Notes: generated by a model from the sequence alone, not told the origin. A stretch of DNA of 62,509 nucleotides, filler included, from Sandaracinaceae bacterium (GCA_947483975.1; 9 parts of 9 records of this genome joined end to end with filler, not necessarily neighbours in it); one strand, 5' to 3'; numbered from the whole stretch's first letter, positions 8,624-22,550 are shown. Program-made: numbers and translations.

Positions 8624-9991
8624 ATGTTTCATCGGAAGAGCTCTCTTCGGAACGGCGCCGCGTGCGCCCTCCCCCTCGTCTTCATCGTCGCCTGCAGCGC
8701 GTCGCACCCGGTGTCGACGCCGACGACCGACGGCGGGACGCCGCCCGACGCGGTCATCAGCCCAGATTTCGGCCCGATCACGGTCGACGCGGGCCCCATC
8801 GGGGTCGACGCGGGCCCCATCGGGGTCGACGCGGGCCCGGCGCCGGACGCGGGTCCGATCACGTGCGGACCGGACGACCGCGTGACCCCCCTCGTCTACT
8901 ACGGGACGACGGCGCCGACGGTGCTGCCGCTGACCCCCGGTCAGGTGCTCGCGCTCGTCGACTTCGGGTTCTGCTCCGGCACGTTCATCTCCGACGAGTG
9001 GGTCTTGACCGCGACGCACTGCACGATCGCCGTCGGCGCGCGCCTCTGCGTGGGGCCGAATCCGCTCGCCGCCGACGTGTGCTTCACGGCCGATCGCGTC
9101 GTCGACAACCCGAGCGCCGACCAGACCCTCGTGCACGTCGACGCGCCCGCGTCTTCGCGCATCCCGGCGCTCGAGCCCATCCCGGTGATGACCGAGGTGA
9201 TCGACTCGACCTGGCTCGGCCGCATGGCGGAGGCGGGCGGCTACGGCACGCAGGAAGACGGCTCGAGCGGCCAGCGCGAGTTCACGGCCGAGCCGATCGT
9301 CGCCCTCGGCGGCAACTTCGTGACGGTCGACGGCCTGGGGACACACGGCCTCTGCTTCGGCGACTCGGGCGGCCCCGTGATGGTGCTCGCGAGCGACTCC
9401 ACGGTGCGCGTGCTCGGTGACCTCAGCAACGGCGACTCGAGCTGCCTCGGGCAGGACAACTTCACGCGGACGGACCTGCACATCGCCTGGATCGAGTCGA
9501 TCACGGGGCCGACGATCGTCCATGGGGCGCCCTGCGGCCACATCGGCGCCGGCGGCGTCTGCGTGGGCACCGGGAGCGCGGCGTGGTGCGACGCGACCAC
9601 GGGCCTCCTGACGAGCGAGGCGTGCGCGGCGGGCACCGCGTGCGGCTGGGACGCAGGCACGGGCGGCTATCGCTGCGTCGCCTCGGATCCTTGCGGTGGC
9701 GTGAGCGCGACCGGCGCGTGTCAGGGCACGACGGCCGTGTGGTGCGACTCCGGCGTCGTGCGGCACCGCGAGTGCGGCGCGTGCGGCGAGGTCTGCGGCT
9801 ACGTCACGGACGTCTCTGGCTTCTACTGCCACGGCGATCCGTGCGCGGCGATCGACCCGCTCGGCGAGTGCGTCGGCGATGTGCTGACGACCTGCTCCGC
9901 CGCGACCGGGGTCACCATGGAAGACTGCGCCGCGCGCGGTCGCCGCTGCGGACTGAGCATGCGGACCGGCACCAACCGCTGCATTCGCTGA
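8624..9991 (+). CDS. Secreted/lipoprotein trypsin-like (S1) serine protease with Cys-rich C-terminal repeats
   Basis: VACS lipobox-like, TATHC (His), ADQTLV (Asp), CFGDSGGP (Ser); repeated CGG...G.C.G...WC modules. Confidence 0.88.
   Translation: MFHRKSSLRNGAACALPLVFIVACSASHPVSTPTTDGGTPPDAVISPDFGPITVDAGPIGVDAGPIGVDAGPAPDAGPITCGPDDRVTPLVYYGTTAPTVLPLTPGQVLALVDFGFCSGTFISDEWVLTATHCTIAVGARLCVGPNPLAADVCFTADRVVDNPSADQTLVHVDAPASSRIPALEPIPVMTEVIDSTWLGRMAEAGGYGTQEDGSSGQREFTAEPIVALGGNFVTVDGLGTHGLCFGDSGGPVMVLASDSTVRVLGDLSNGDSSCLGQDNFTRTDLHIAWIESITGPTIVHGAPCGHIGAGGVCVGTGSAAWCDATTGLLTSEACAAGTACGWDAGTGGYRCVASDPCGGVSATGACQGTTAVWCDSGVVRHRECGACGEVCGYVTDVSGFYCHGDPCAAIDPLGECVGDVLTTCSAATGVTMEDCAARGRRCGLSMRTGTNRCIR
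8783..8839 (+). repeat. 21-bp coding tandem repeat (VDAGPIG, ~2.7 copies)
   Basis: gtcgacgcgggccccatcggg repeated. Confidence 0.85.
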
Positions 9992-10115
9992 CTCGCGCGC
10001 GGCCGAGGCCCACGTCTCGGTCGCGCACGCGCGCCTCGGAGAACGCCGCGTGACGGCCGGGCGCGCTGGCCGAGCGCCTTGACAGCGCCGCGAATTCCCC
10101 CAGAAAAGCGCGCTC

Positions 10116-13051
<2,936 letters not shown>

Positions 13052-13055
<4 letters not shown>

Positions 13056-13696
13056 GCGAGCGCGGCGACCGCCTGCGGAGCCTGCTGCGTGAGGCGGCGC
13101 AGACCGTGCGCGCGGGCGCCGAGCGGCTCGCCCCGCTGACGACCGCGCGGCAGCTGCTCGGCGAGCTACGACACGGACGCGTGCTGCTCCCCGCCAACGC
13201 GCTGCGCACGCAGCTGCTGCGGGTGCCGGACCTCGAGTCGCTTTGGCTCGAGGTGCGCGCGAGCGGCGTCTTGATCGACGCGAGCTTCTCGCGCGGCGAG
13301 CCGCTGCGCCTGACGCTCGTGCCCGTCGCGGCGCGCTTCGCCCCGCGCGGCGCCAAGGAGCTGATCTGGCGCGTCGAGCCGCCTGAGCGAGCGACCGGCC
13401 CGCGCGTCGCGGACCTGGCAGCCGCCGTCAGCGTCGCGGTCGCGCGCGCGCTCTGGGCGCCGGTGCTGCCGCCCGATGAGGGCGAGGTGCCCGACGCGAT
13501 CGTGGAGCGCGATCCCGGCGCCGAGCTGCGGGTCGACCTGCGCACCATCCCGATGGTGCGGAAGCTGCGCGGCCCGTCGCAGGCGCTGCTCGATGCGCTC
13601 GCGCTCGCGTCGCTCGGCTCCGAGGACGGCGCGCTGACGCTCGGGCTGCGGCTCCCCGGAATGCCGCCGGGCAGCGCGCCTCCGCCGAGCGGCTGA
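13052..13696 (+). CDS. Hypothetical protein
   Basis: TTG start overlapping the previous stop, host-like codon usage, no recognised motif. Confidence 0.6.
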
Positions 13697-13710
13697 GCGC
13701 GGGCGCACGC

Positions 13711-14046
13711 CTAGTTGACGAGGCGCTGCTCGATGCGGAACCACACGACCCGCGCGAAGCCGCACTGCTTGCAGCTGGTGCGCGCGGCGCGGAGCAGCTC
13801 GCCGTCGACCGAGTGCGCCGTGTGCTCGTCGACGCGCGGCTCGCCCGTGCAGCGCGGGCACGGCAGCGCGCTCGCGCGTAGCTCGACGAGCGAGGAGCTC
13901 TCGACGGTGATCGGGCGGTCGGGCGCCCCGCCGGGGGAGAGCTTGGCGAGGCGGACGCGGTCCTGCGCGAGCCGCGCGAGCGAGCGCTCGTCGACGCGGC
14001 GCTCGGTGCGCGCGGAGAGTGGCTTCGGCGGTCGGCGGGGCGTCAT
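13711..14046 (-). CDS. Small hypothetical protein with CxxC...CxxC zinc-ribbon-like motif
   Basis: PGGAPDRPITVESSSLVE, CPRC...CKQCG. Confidence 0.65.
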   Translation of the reverse strand: MTPRRPPKPLSARTERRVDERSLARLAQDRVRLAKLSPGGAPDRPITVESSSLVELRASALPCPRCTGEPRVDEHTAHSVDGELLRAARTSCKQCGFARVVWFRIEQRLVN

Positions 14047-14206
14047 GCGCCCAAGCTAAGCCTCGCGCGGCCTGCGTCCAGGGGGGGCGGCGCTGTGACG
14101 CACCGANNNNNNNNNNNNNNNNNNNNNNNNNNNNNNNNNNNNNNNNNNNNTTAATTAATTAANNNNNNNNNNNNNNNNNNNNNNNNNNNNNNNNNNNNNN
14201 NNNNNN

Positions 14207-16524
14207 GCGATGGAGTCCTGCGTGAGACCCGCCATGCTCGGGTCGAGGTTCTGCAGACCGATGCGCGCGTCGACGGCCTCGAGGCCGATGCCCGCCGAGA
14301 AGCGACGCTCGATGTCGGTCCCCTCGAGGTTGCGCATGCGATCCGAGTGGATGAGTGCGCGGCCCTCCATGCCGTGAAGCTGCTCGACGCGCGGGGTGAC
14401 CGCGGCGAGGCGGTCGAGCAGGGCGCCGTGCAGGTCGAGGGGCATCGACGGGCGCGACGGGTCGGGATTCGAGTAGCCGTCGCCGCCCGAGTTGGCGAGC
14501 GCCGCCGGCAGGACGTTGTCGCCGACACGGCTGTAGAAGCCGCGCAGGTACTCGCCCGAGAAGTACGCATCCTCGGGGGTCTCGCCGCGGAGCACCGGGA
14601 AGAAGTGCGCCGCCGTCGTCGCGATCGACTCGAGCGACTCGCCCGCCATGTTGGCGTTCGAGATGATCAGCTCGCCCGAGCGCGGGTCCATCATCGGCAG
14701 CGAGACGCCGCCGAACTGCAGCGCGCCGTGCTGGATGTAGTTGAAGAACTGGTAGCGAATGTCGCCGAGGTCCTCACAGGGCTTCGTCGGGTCGGCGTCG
14801 CACGAGTTTGCCTCGAGCAAGAACAGACACTCGGAGCCAGCGAAGTGGTAGTCGAACGAGTTCGCGCCGTAGTCCTCGTACGCCGTCGGAGCCGCGACAT
14901 CCGCCGGGCCGACGATGTGACAGTCGTACGGGTTGACGACGCCGGCGGCGGTGGCCGCGGCCGGATCCTGGAAGGCGTCGTACTTGTAGTCGCACTTGCC
15001 GTCAGCATCGACCTCGGGCGACTTCATCGCGCCATCGGGGCTCTGCCAGCAGTACTGGGTGGGGTCCACCACCTGCGTATCGACGCGGGCGGCCGAAGCC
15101 TCGATCGCCGGGGCGCCGACGGCGCCACGATGACCGCGCATGAACGCCTCGTTCCAGTCACCGATGATCTGGAACGCGGCGCGCGCCAGGTGCCGCGGGA
15201 AGCCGGGGCTGAGGTGATAGACGGCGGGGCGAATCCCGCGGGCCGCGACCGGCGTCGTGCAGCGGCGCATCGCGCGGTCGCACTGCGAGCCGACGCCCGG
15301 TGCACCCGCCGGCGCATCCCCGAAGCGGTTGTCGCACTGCCAGTCGGCCGTGCAGGTCGTATCCGAAAGCGAGTTCGAATAGAGGTTGTGGCGGGGGCGG
15401 TAGAAGGTGAGGAAGTCCGTCTCGCCGTAGTCGCGCGAGAGGCCGCCTTCACAGACGTGCGCTGCGCCGCAAGCGCCACCGGAGCCGCAGTCGGCGTCCG
15501 AGGTGCAGTGGTCGGCCACGACGCTGCGGTCCTGCCCGCCACGCACGTAGGTGCGCTGATAGGAGCGGAAGAGACCGAAGCGATCGAACTCCTGGTGCGT
15601 CTCGGAGTCCGAGGCGTACTCGTGCTGCGGCGGGATGCGGAGGAACGACGCGCGGACCGTGACGGCCGCCGACGAGCAGAGCCCGCCGTAGTAGAGGCAG
15701 TTCGCGCCAGGCGACCAGATCTCCTGGTTCACGAAGGACATGTAGTGAACGGTGTCGCCGAGGTCAGCGGGCCACTCGTCGCGGAGGCGGTAGGCAGCGT
15801 CGTCCTTCACGCGGACGAACTGCGGCTCGTAGCTCTTCGGGAAGCACGGAGCGCCATCGCACATCTCGCCGTGCGAGCCGGCCTCGAAGTGGAAGGGCAC
15901 AGGCTCGGGCTGGAGGATGGCGTAGAGCTGCGCGATGTCCGGGCCGTAGTTGGCGTAGAACGGGCTGATCAGGTTCTGCGACCAGTCGACGCGCACGAAC
16001 TGACGCTCGTACCACTGGCGATCAGAGGTGTTCTCCGAGATGACGTTGGTCGTCTCGCCCGTGACGGGGTTGTACTCGCGGCGGACATCGAGGTGGCTCT
16101 GCACCGAGAACGCTGCGAGCGGCTGCCCACGGAAGTCTGGCGCGCGACCGTTGTCGTTGCCGCCGTCGATCAGCTCGTACGCGCGATAGGCGTAGAGGAA
16201 GTTCTCGTCGAGCACCCAGCGGATGCGGGCGACGTTGAACGACTCGCCCTTGTCCATGCCGAAGTCGACCATCGACATATTGCCGCTGAACGGGGCGAGC
16301 CCGCCGGCGCCGAGGATGGTCGCCTCGTCCGCCTTCACGTCGATGATGGTCGTGGCGTACCACCACTCACCGTCGAAAATCGTCTTGTCGACGACGTTCG
16401 TCTGGACGCGGTTCACGTCGGGCTGCGCGACTGCACAGCCCGTGAGCGTGAGCGCGAGTGCTGCGAACAGGGCGAGTGCCCCCTGGGTTCCGAAGCGCAT
16501 GGTCTTGCTTTCCTTGCTCGTCAT
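14207..16524 (-). CDS. Large Cys-rich lipoprotein, paralog of the adjacent zinc metalloprotease, 3' truncated
   Basis: Lipobox LTGC; shares NRVQT.VVDK.IF, RIRWV.DENFLYAYR and WYERQ..RVDWS.N with 16536-20978; HExxH region lies beyond the contig end. Confidence 0.85.
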
Positions 16525-16535
16525 GTCCGTGCCCC

Positions 16536-19500
16536 TCAGAACGACAGGTAGGAGGAGATGCCGAGCTCGCGCTCGAGCTGGACCAGCTCACTCAAGAACG
16601 ACTCGAGATCACGAAGCCGGCCATCCAGGCGGTCGACCTCACGGTTGACATCCGCGACGCTCGTCGGGAGCGTGTAACCGAGCGACGTGAGCCGCGCAGT
16701 CTCGAGGGCGGTCAGGTTGAGCGGATCCAGCGGGATGCCGACGCCGCCACGACCATTGTACTTGTCGAGCATCCGGACGAGGAACTCGGTGTTACGCGCC
16801 TCTTCCACCATCTGGAAGCCGATCGAGCGCTGCTCGACCGCGCCGGTGCCCGGGCTGACCTGCCAGGCGAGGTAGCTGCGGCCGAAGCGCGAGCTCGTGA
16901 AGCGAACGTAGTCCGTACCCTCGACGTCGGTCGGGGTCGGGCGGTAACAGTCGCCCTGCCCTTCGACGCAGACGAAGACCTGGTTCTGGAAGGTCGTGTC
17001 GAAGAACACGGGGAACTCGGTGAGACCGTAGATCGCCGCGTACATCTGCAGGACGATGCTGCCACCGCCGTTGACGACGGGCTTGCCGGCGTAGGTGACG
17101 GCGACGGGGTCGGGGCGACAAGTCGCCGGGTCCGCCGAGGAGCAGTCGCCACGGTAGAAGTTGTTGTAGATGATGCGGGCATCGCCGCAGTTCGGGAAGG
17201 TGCTGCACTCGACGTGCGGCATGTACTCCGCCGGCGCGTCGCGGATCATGCCGTTCCAGATCTGCTGCATCTCGTTCGGGAAGAGATCGTAGAAGTTCGT
17301 GTAGAACGGCACATCACGCGTGTAGCGCGACTGCTGACCACGGGCGGTCATCAGCTGAAGCGTGAAGAGCTTGTCGTAGAAGGTGCCGATTCGCTCGACG
17401 CGCTGGATGCCCGAGAGCCCCGCCTGATAGACGGAGTCTGCGTAGCGACCCTTGCCGAGGCAGACCTGCAACTGCGTGCCCGTGCGGTTGCAGTTGACGG
17501 TGGCGCGCTCGAACCACTTCCAGCGGTCGTTGAACTGGTACCCGCCGAGGTTCGGCTGGCCGAGGACACGCCCGTAGAAGTTGAGGATGTCCGCGGTCGC
17601 CATGAACTCGTCGTAGAAGCCGAACTCGCCAGTGTTGGTGCGGAACGTCGGGTCCGACGTGTACTGGTAGATCAGGTTCTGGTAGATGTTCTGGAGGATC
17701 ACGAACCGACGACCGATGAGCTGGTCGAACAGGTAGCTACCGATGTTGAAGCTGCTGCGGTAGCGGCGGAAGTTCGTGAACAGATACATCCGCTCGTAGT
17801 TCTCGACGGTGTTCTGGACGATCTCGCGGTAGCTATCGCCTTCGTCGAAGCGGTTGCACCAGCCGATGCTGCCGGGCGTCGTGCCTCCGCCAGCGGCGCG
17901 CTCATCCGAGCAGTAGCGGTAGTTCGGCGGGACCCAGCGGGGCGAGGGACCCGTCGCGGCGGTCTGCGTGTCGAAGCTCGAGCACATCTGCGTGCCGCCG
18001 CGGGGCGAGGCGACGCAGTGCTGCGTGAAGCCGGCATCGCGGTTGGTCTGGAGGAGGTCCGCATCGCGCGAGCCGCCCACCGCGAACGGACAGTCGGTGT
18101 CCGTCGTGCAGGCGTTGCCGCCCTCGTACCAGCGGAAGAACACGCGCGGCGTGTTGACCGGGTTGATGTTCTGAGCGAGCTCGCCGTCCGCGTTGTCGCC
18201 TAGCTCGACGACGTCGCCGTAGCCCATGCGGATCGCGTGGTGGTCGTAGCGGCCCGAGGGCTGCAGGCGCTGATACCAGTTCGCCGTGTAGTCCATGATG
18301 GACGAGTTGGCCCAGCCATCGATGCCGGCGAGCTCGCGGCGCTGACGAGCGCGCTTGTAGGCGTCCTCGTAGGCAAGCTGCTCGGCTGCGTTGAAGCCCG
18401 GCACGCCGTCGTGCTCGAAGGCCGCGTCCTGCGGGTTCGGCAGCGGGTAGGCGTCGTTGACGACGTAGTAGTCGTCGGCGTAGTTCTTCGTGTCGGCCGA
18501 GCCGCCGAAGTCGTGACGAAGGCCCATGCAGTGGCCCATCTCGTGGACCTCCGTCTGCCTGAAGAGCAGACGGTTGATCTCGAACTCGAGGCGGGCGCGC
18601 GGCCAGGTCAGGTGCTTCTGCACGAAGTACGCGACGGAGTTGTCGACGTACTCGTTCGGCATATGCATGTTGTTGCGCGCGATCTTCGTCTCGAGCGCAT
18701 CGAAGCGGGAGAGGAGCTCCGGAGCGCCGACGCGGAAAGGCGAAGCGCGGTCGAGCACGCCTTCCGGCATGTTCGAGGGGCCGAAGCCGGGGGGCGCGTT
18801 CGCGAGGCCGGCCATCGCGATCGTGTCCCAGTTGGACGTCAGGCGACGCTCAGTCTCCGTGTTGCGGAGGTTGGCGATGCGATCGCTGTAGGTGTTCGCG
18901 CGACCGGCGGCGCCGGAGAGGCGCTCACCGCGGTTGGCGACCATGAAGTCCATGCGGTCACGGATGCCCTGAGCCGCGGCCGGGAGCGCGTCCGTCGGCG
19001 TGAGGTGCTGCATCGCCTGGCTGAAGTCGACGCGGGGAGGCGCGGGGAGCTGCACCTGGTTGAGCGAGTCGAAGTAGCCGCGGACGTCCTCACCCGTGAA
19101 GAACTCCTGGTCGGTGTAGCCACCGTTGAGGAGGTCGTAGGTCTGGAGGGCGTAGGTACGGAAGCCGTCGAGGGCGGGGCCGCCGATGTTCGCGTCGCCG
19201 AAGCGGGTCTCGCCGGTGACCGGGTCGCCGCGCAGCGTCGAGACGCCGAGGAATGGCGTGCCGGGCTGATCGACGTAGCTGAGGTACTTGAAGCGGGCGT
19301 CGCCGCGCTCCTGGCAGTCCATCCCGTCGACCGTGCCGCCGTTGTCCGCGACAGCGCCGCGGTTGCAGGTGTTCATGCGGAGGACGTTGACGCACTCGGC
19401 GCCGGCCATCGTCGCGCCGTACCAGCCGTAGAAGTTGCGGTCCGAGAGCGTGCGAGTGACCGCCGGATTGGTCATGTCGGGCTCGGCGCCGGCGGGGACG

Positions 19501-20978
19501 ACGATGTGACAGTCGTAGGGGTCACCCGAGACGAGGCGCGCGCGGTTCTCGTCCGGCGTCTGGAAGGGATCGTACTTGCCCTCGCAGGTCGGGTTGAGGA
19601 CCGTGACGCCGTCGACCGGATCGACCTGACAGAAGCAGTCGCCGTCGGGGTCGGTGGTCTGGCACGTCGCGCGTTGGTAGACGGGCAGCGCGACGCCGCG
19701 CATCGCGCGGACCGTCTCCATCAGGACCTCGTTCCACTGGCTGACCAGGTCCATCGAGGGCTTGACGAGGTGCGCGGGAAGCTCGGGCGTCGTGTACCAG
19801 ACGACCTGGCGGACCTGGCGGTTCGTGTACGGGACCGGCGTGCGGTGCCCGGACGCGTCCTCAGTCCACCAGTTCTTCCAGATGTTGTGGCGGTTGATCG
19901 AGTAGTTGAGGAAGTCCGTGCCGAACCACGCCGGGTCGTCAGGCGAGCCGGTGGAGCGGTCCCAGGTCGGCGTGTCGAGGCGGAAGTAGCCGGCGCGGTC
20001 CCAGCGAGTGTCGGTCCAGTTGGCCGCCTCGTACTGCCGAGTCTCCGACACCTTGAGGAACGAGGTGCGAACGAACGCCACCGTCGCCGTGCACTCAGGA
20101 GAGTCGTTGAACGGCGAGAGGCAGAAGTTGACCATGCCGCCCGAGTACGGGTCCTGCACGTTGCCAGGAGACAGCAACTCCTGGTTCACGAAGCTCATGT
20201 GGTAGAGGTCGCCCTGCTTGTAGTCACCCGCGAGGTCGCGCTCGTAGGGCTTGCAGTTCGGGTCCGTGTCGTTCGCGCAGGGCATCCGGTCGAAGCGGGG
20301 CTGCCACGAGTCGGGGAAGTCGCTCTGCTGCTGAACGGTGAGGGGCGCGGGCTCGCGCTTGTACATGCCGAGAACCTCGTAGAGGTTCGACGTCGTGCCG
20401 TAGTAGCCCGGCAGCATGTTCATCGACCAGTCGACGCGCATGTACTGGCGCTCGTACCAGCGGTGATCGCTCGAGTTCTCCTCGATGACGTTCTGCTCTT
20501 CGCCCGTGGTCGTGTTGTACGAGCGACGGATGTCGAAGTGGCTGGAGATCTTGTACGCGGCCACCGGCTGGCCGAGGAACGTGCCCGGCTCGCGCGGGGT
20601 TCCGTCGCCGCCGATGATCATCTCGTAGTCGCGATACGCGTAGAGGAAGTTCTCGTCGATGACCCAGCGGATGCGGGGCACGCCAGAGAAGGACCCGGCG
20701 AAGTCGGACGCGGAATCACCCGGGAACGTACCGGCGGCGGCCACCTCGTAGTCCACGTCGACGACCGTCTGGGTCATGTACCAAGAGCCTGTGAAGATGC
20801 TCTTGTCGACGACCAAGGTCTGCACCCGGTTGATCGGGGCTTGCTTGGTACAGCCGCTGGCGAGCGTCCCCGCGCCGAGCACGAGGCTGAGCGCGAGCAG
20901 ACCGGAGAGGACTCCGGCGACAGACGACCACCGATTGGATTCACACGTTGAGGTGCGGGTTTTCCAGAAGAGCGACAT
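16536..20978 (-). CDS. Giant zinc-dependent metalloprotease lipoprotein (metzincin, EcxA/DUF4953-like)
   Basis: 1480 aa, lipobox ASGC, HEMGHCMGLRH (HExxHxxGxxH) and Met-turn SSIMDY. Confidence 0.88.
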   Translation of the reverse strand: MSLFWKTRTSTCESNRWSSVAGVLSGLLALSLVLGAGTLASGCTKQAPINRVQTLVVDKSIFTGSWYMTQTVVDVDYEVAAAGTFPGDSASDFAGSFSGVPRIRWVIDENFLYAYRDYEMIIGGDGTPREPGTFLGQPVAAYKISSHFDIRRSYNTTTGEEQNVIEENSSDHRWYERQYMRVDWSMNMLPGYYGTTSNLYEVLGMYKREPAPLTVQQQSDFPDSWQPRFDRMPCANDTDPNCKPYERDLAGDYKQGDLYHMSFVNQELLSPGNVQDPYSGGMVNFCLSPFNDSPECTATVAFVRTSFLKVSETRQYEAANWTDTRWDRAGYFRLDTPTWDRSTGSPDDPAWFGTDFLNYSINRHNIWKNWWTEDASGHRTPVPYTNRQVRQVVWYTTPELPAHLVKPSMDLVSQWNEVLMETVRAMRGVALPVYQRATCQTTDPDGDCFCQVDPVDGVTVLNPTCEGKYDPFQTPDENRARLVSGDPYDCHIVVPAGAEPDMTNPAVTRTLSDRNFYGWYGATMAGAECVNVLRMNTCNRGAVADNGGTVDGMDCQERGDARFKYLSYVDQPGTPFLGVSTLRGDPVTGETRFGDANIGGPALDGFRTYALQTYDLLNGGYTDQEFFTGEDVRGYFDSLNQVQLPAPPRVDFSQAMQHLTPTDALPAAAQGIRDRMDFMVANRGERLSGAAGRANTYSDRIANLRNTETERRLTSNWDTIAMAGLANAPPGFGPSNMPEGVLDRASPFRVGAPELLSRFDALETKIARNNMHMPNEYVDNSVAYFVQKHLTWPRARLEFEINRLLFRQTEVHEMGHCMGLRHDFGGSADTKNYADDYYVVNDAYPLPNPQDAAFEHDGVPGFNAAEQLAYEDAYKRARQRRELAGIDGWANSSIMDYTANWYQRLQPSGRYDHHAIRMGYGDVVELGDNADGELAQNINPVNTPRVFFRWYEGGNACTTDTDCPFAVGGSRDADLLQTNRDAGFTQHCVASPRGGTQMCSSFDTQTAATGPSPRWVPPNYRYCSDERAAGGGTTPGSIGWCNRFDEGDSYREIVQNTVENYERMYLFTNFRRYRSSFNIGSYLFDQLIGRRFVILQNIYQNLIYQYTSDPTFRTNTGEFGFYDEFMATADILNFYGRVLGQPNLGGYQFNDRWKWFERATVNCNRTGTQLQVCLGKGRYADSVYQAGLSGIQRVERIGTFYDKLFTLQLMTARGQQSRYTRDVPFYTNFYDLFPNEMQQIWNGMIRDAPAEYMPHVECSTFPNCGDARIIYNNFYRGDCSSADPATCRPDPVAVTYAGKPVVNGGGSIVLQMYAAIYGLTEFPVFFDTTFQNQVFVCVEGQGDCYRPTPTDVEGTDYVRFTSSRFGRSYLAWQVSPGTGAVEQRSIGFQMVEEARNTEFLVRMLDKYNGRGGVGIPLDPLNLTALETARLTSLGYTLPTSVADVNREVDRLDGRLRDLESFLSELVQLERELGISSYLSF

Positions 20979-21073
20979 ACCGAGAGCCTCCGACGAGGCC
21001 AGGGGCGCGACCCCCTGGCGACCGTGTACGAAAAAGAGAACTGAGCGAGTGAGCGGGTGCGAAAGGCGGAAAA

Positions 21074-21154
21074 TCAGAAGGACGCGCCGCGGCGATCGGC
21101 CGAAGCCTCGCCCTGGCGAATGAGGCGCTGCTGCTCGGGCGTGAGGTCTTCGCC
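21074..21154 (-). CDS. C-terminal fragment of upstream gene (GEDLTPEQQRLIRQGEASADRRGASF*)
   Basis: Open frame from contig edge to TGA at 21074; same strand as the metalloproteases. Confidence 0.4.
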   Translation of the reverse strand, partial: GEDLTPEQQRLIRQGEASADRRGASF

Positions 21155-21254
21155 NNNNNNNNNNNNNNNNNNNNNNNNNNNNNNNNNNNNNNNNNNNNTT
21201 AATTAATTAANNNNNNNNNNNNNNNNNNNNNNNNNNNNNNNNNNNNNNNNNNNN

Positions 21255-21896
21255 CGCCGCGCGCGCACGGCCCTCTCCGACGCCGCGCGCGGCCGCCTCG
21301 CCGACATCGCCGCGCTCCTCGGCGACCCCGGCGTCGCCGTCGCCTTCGGTGGTCGGGACCGCGCCGCCGATCGCCCGCGCGCCTACGAAGACGCCGTCGT
21401 CGCGGCCGCCGCGCAGCAGGGCCTCGACCCCGCGCTCCTCTTCGCGGTGATGCGCGTCGAGAGCGTCTACAACCGCCGCATCGTCTCGTACGCGGGCGCG
21501 ATCGGCCTCTTGCAGATCATGCCGCGCACCGGGCAGCTGGTCGCCGAGAGCATGGGCCGCGACGACTTCACCGCCGCCGATCTGCTCGACCCCGAGAAGA
21601 ACCTCGAGATGGCCGCATGGTACCTCGCGTCGCTGCTGCGCCGCTTCGACGGCCGCCTAGCGCTCGCGGTCGCCGCCTATAACGGCGGCCCCCACAACGT
21701 GCGCAAGTGGATGGAGGGCTACGAGCCCACGATGCCGCTCGACGCCTTCCTCGAGCGCATCCCCTTCGACCAGACCTTCCGCTACGTCCGCCGAGTCCTC
21801 GGCCACTACGCCGCCTATCGCGCGCAAACGGGCGAGTCGATGGTCCCGCTCGACGTGACCCTGCCGGGCGCTGCGACGGACACGGTGGCGTTCTGA
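21255..21896 (+). CDS. Lytic transglycosylase (SLT domain), 5' truncated
   Basis: AVMRVES (catalytic Glu), GAIGLLQIMP, AAYNGGPHNV, ERIPFDQTFRYVRRV. Confidence 0.93.
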   Translation, partial: RRARTALSDAARGRLADIAALLGDPGVAVAFGGRDRAADRPRAYEDAVVAAAAQQGLDPALLFAVMRVESVYNRRIVSYAGAIGLLQIMPRTGQLVAESMGRDDFTAADLLDPEKNLEMAAWYLASLLRRFDGRLALAVAAYNGGPHNVRKWMEGYEPTMPLDAFLERIPFDQTFRYVRRVLGHYAAYRAQTGESMVPLDVTLPGAATDTVAF

Positions 21897-21899
21897 GTT
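21831..21899 (+). repeat. Direct repeat copy A: 3' end of SLT gene
   Basis: Aligns without gaps to 23112-23180; both end LDVTLPGAATDTVAF-TGA-GTT. Confidence 0.92.
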
Positions 21900-21943
21900 T
21901 CTGAGTGGATGGGCGATGGAGGACCCGATAGGGTCGCGGGGTC

Positions 21944-22477
21944 ATGCGCTCTCACATCTCTCGTGTTTTCCTGGTGGTAGTGCCGGCGTTGACCGTCATG
22001 GGATGCGGTGTCGCCGGCGCGGCGCATACCGTTCGGGTGCGCTACGCCGCCGAATACGGCTGTGCAGAGTCCTCCGTGACCATCGCGAGCCTCGCCGGAA
22101 ACGCGTATCGAGCGCGCGGCTGCGGTCCTGACGTCAGCTATGTCTGCGACGTGAAGGCCTTCGATAGCGATAGGACGTGCATCGCCGACAGCGTGCAGCG
22201 CCCCGCCGCCGCAGTCCCCAACGCCGCCATCGTCCCGCCCGCTGCCGACAACGCCCCCTTGCGCGCCTGGCTCGACACCCAGCGCGACGCGATCCTCACC
22301 TGCACCGCGCGCACCACCGTCGCCGTCACCGCCCGCTGGGACGCGACTGGCAACGTGACCCTCGCCCTCGGCGGCGACCTCGCTGGCACCCCGGCCGAAG
22401 GCTGCGTGCGCAGCGCCGTCGGCGCGCAGCACGTCCCCGCGGGCGCCGCGGGTGAAGTGCTGCATCTCGTGCGCTGA
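21944..22477 (+). CDS. Lipoprotein with Cys-containing N-domain and AgmX/PglI (TonB-C-like) C-domain
   Basis: Lipobox VMGC; last 74 aa are 61/74 identical to the C-terminus of 23216-24064. Confidence 0.75.
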   Translation: MRSHISRVFLVVVPALTVMGCGVAGAAHTVRVRYAAEYGCAESSVTIASLAGNAYRARGCGPDVSYVCDVKAFDSDRTCIADSVQRPAAAVPNAAIVPPAADNAPLRAWLDTQRDAILTCTARTTVAVTARWDATGNVTLALGGDLAGTPAEGCVRSAVGAQHVPAGAAGEVLHLVR

Positions 22478-22550
22478 CGCCGCCTCGAGCTCGCCGCGTG
22501 GCGGCGACATCTCCTGCGCTGACGAGCCGACAAGGGCGCGCGGAGGCGTG

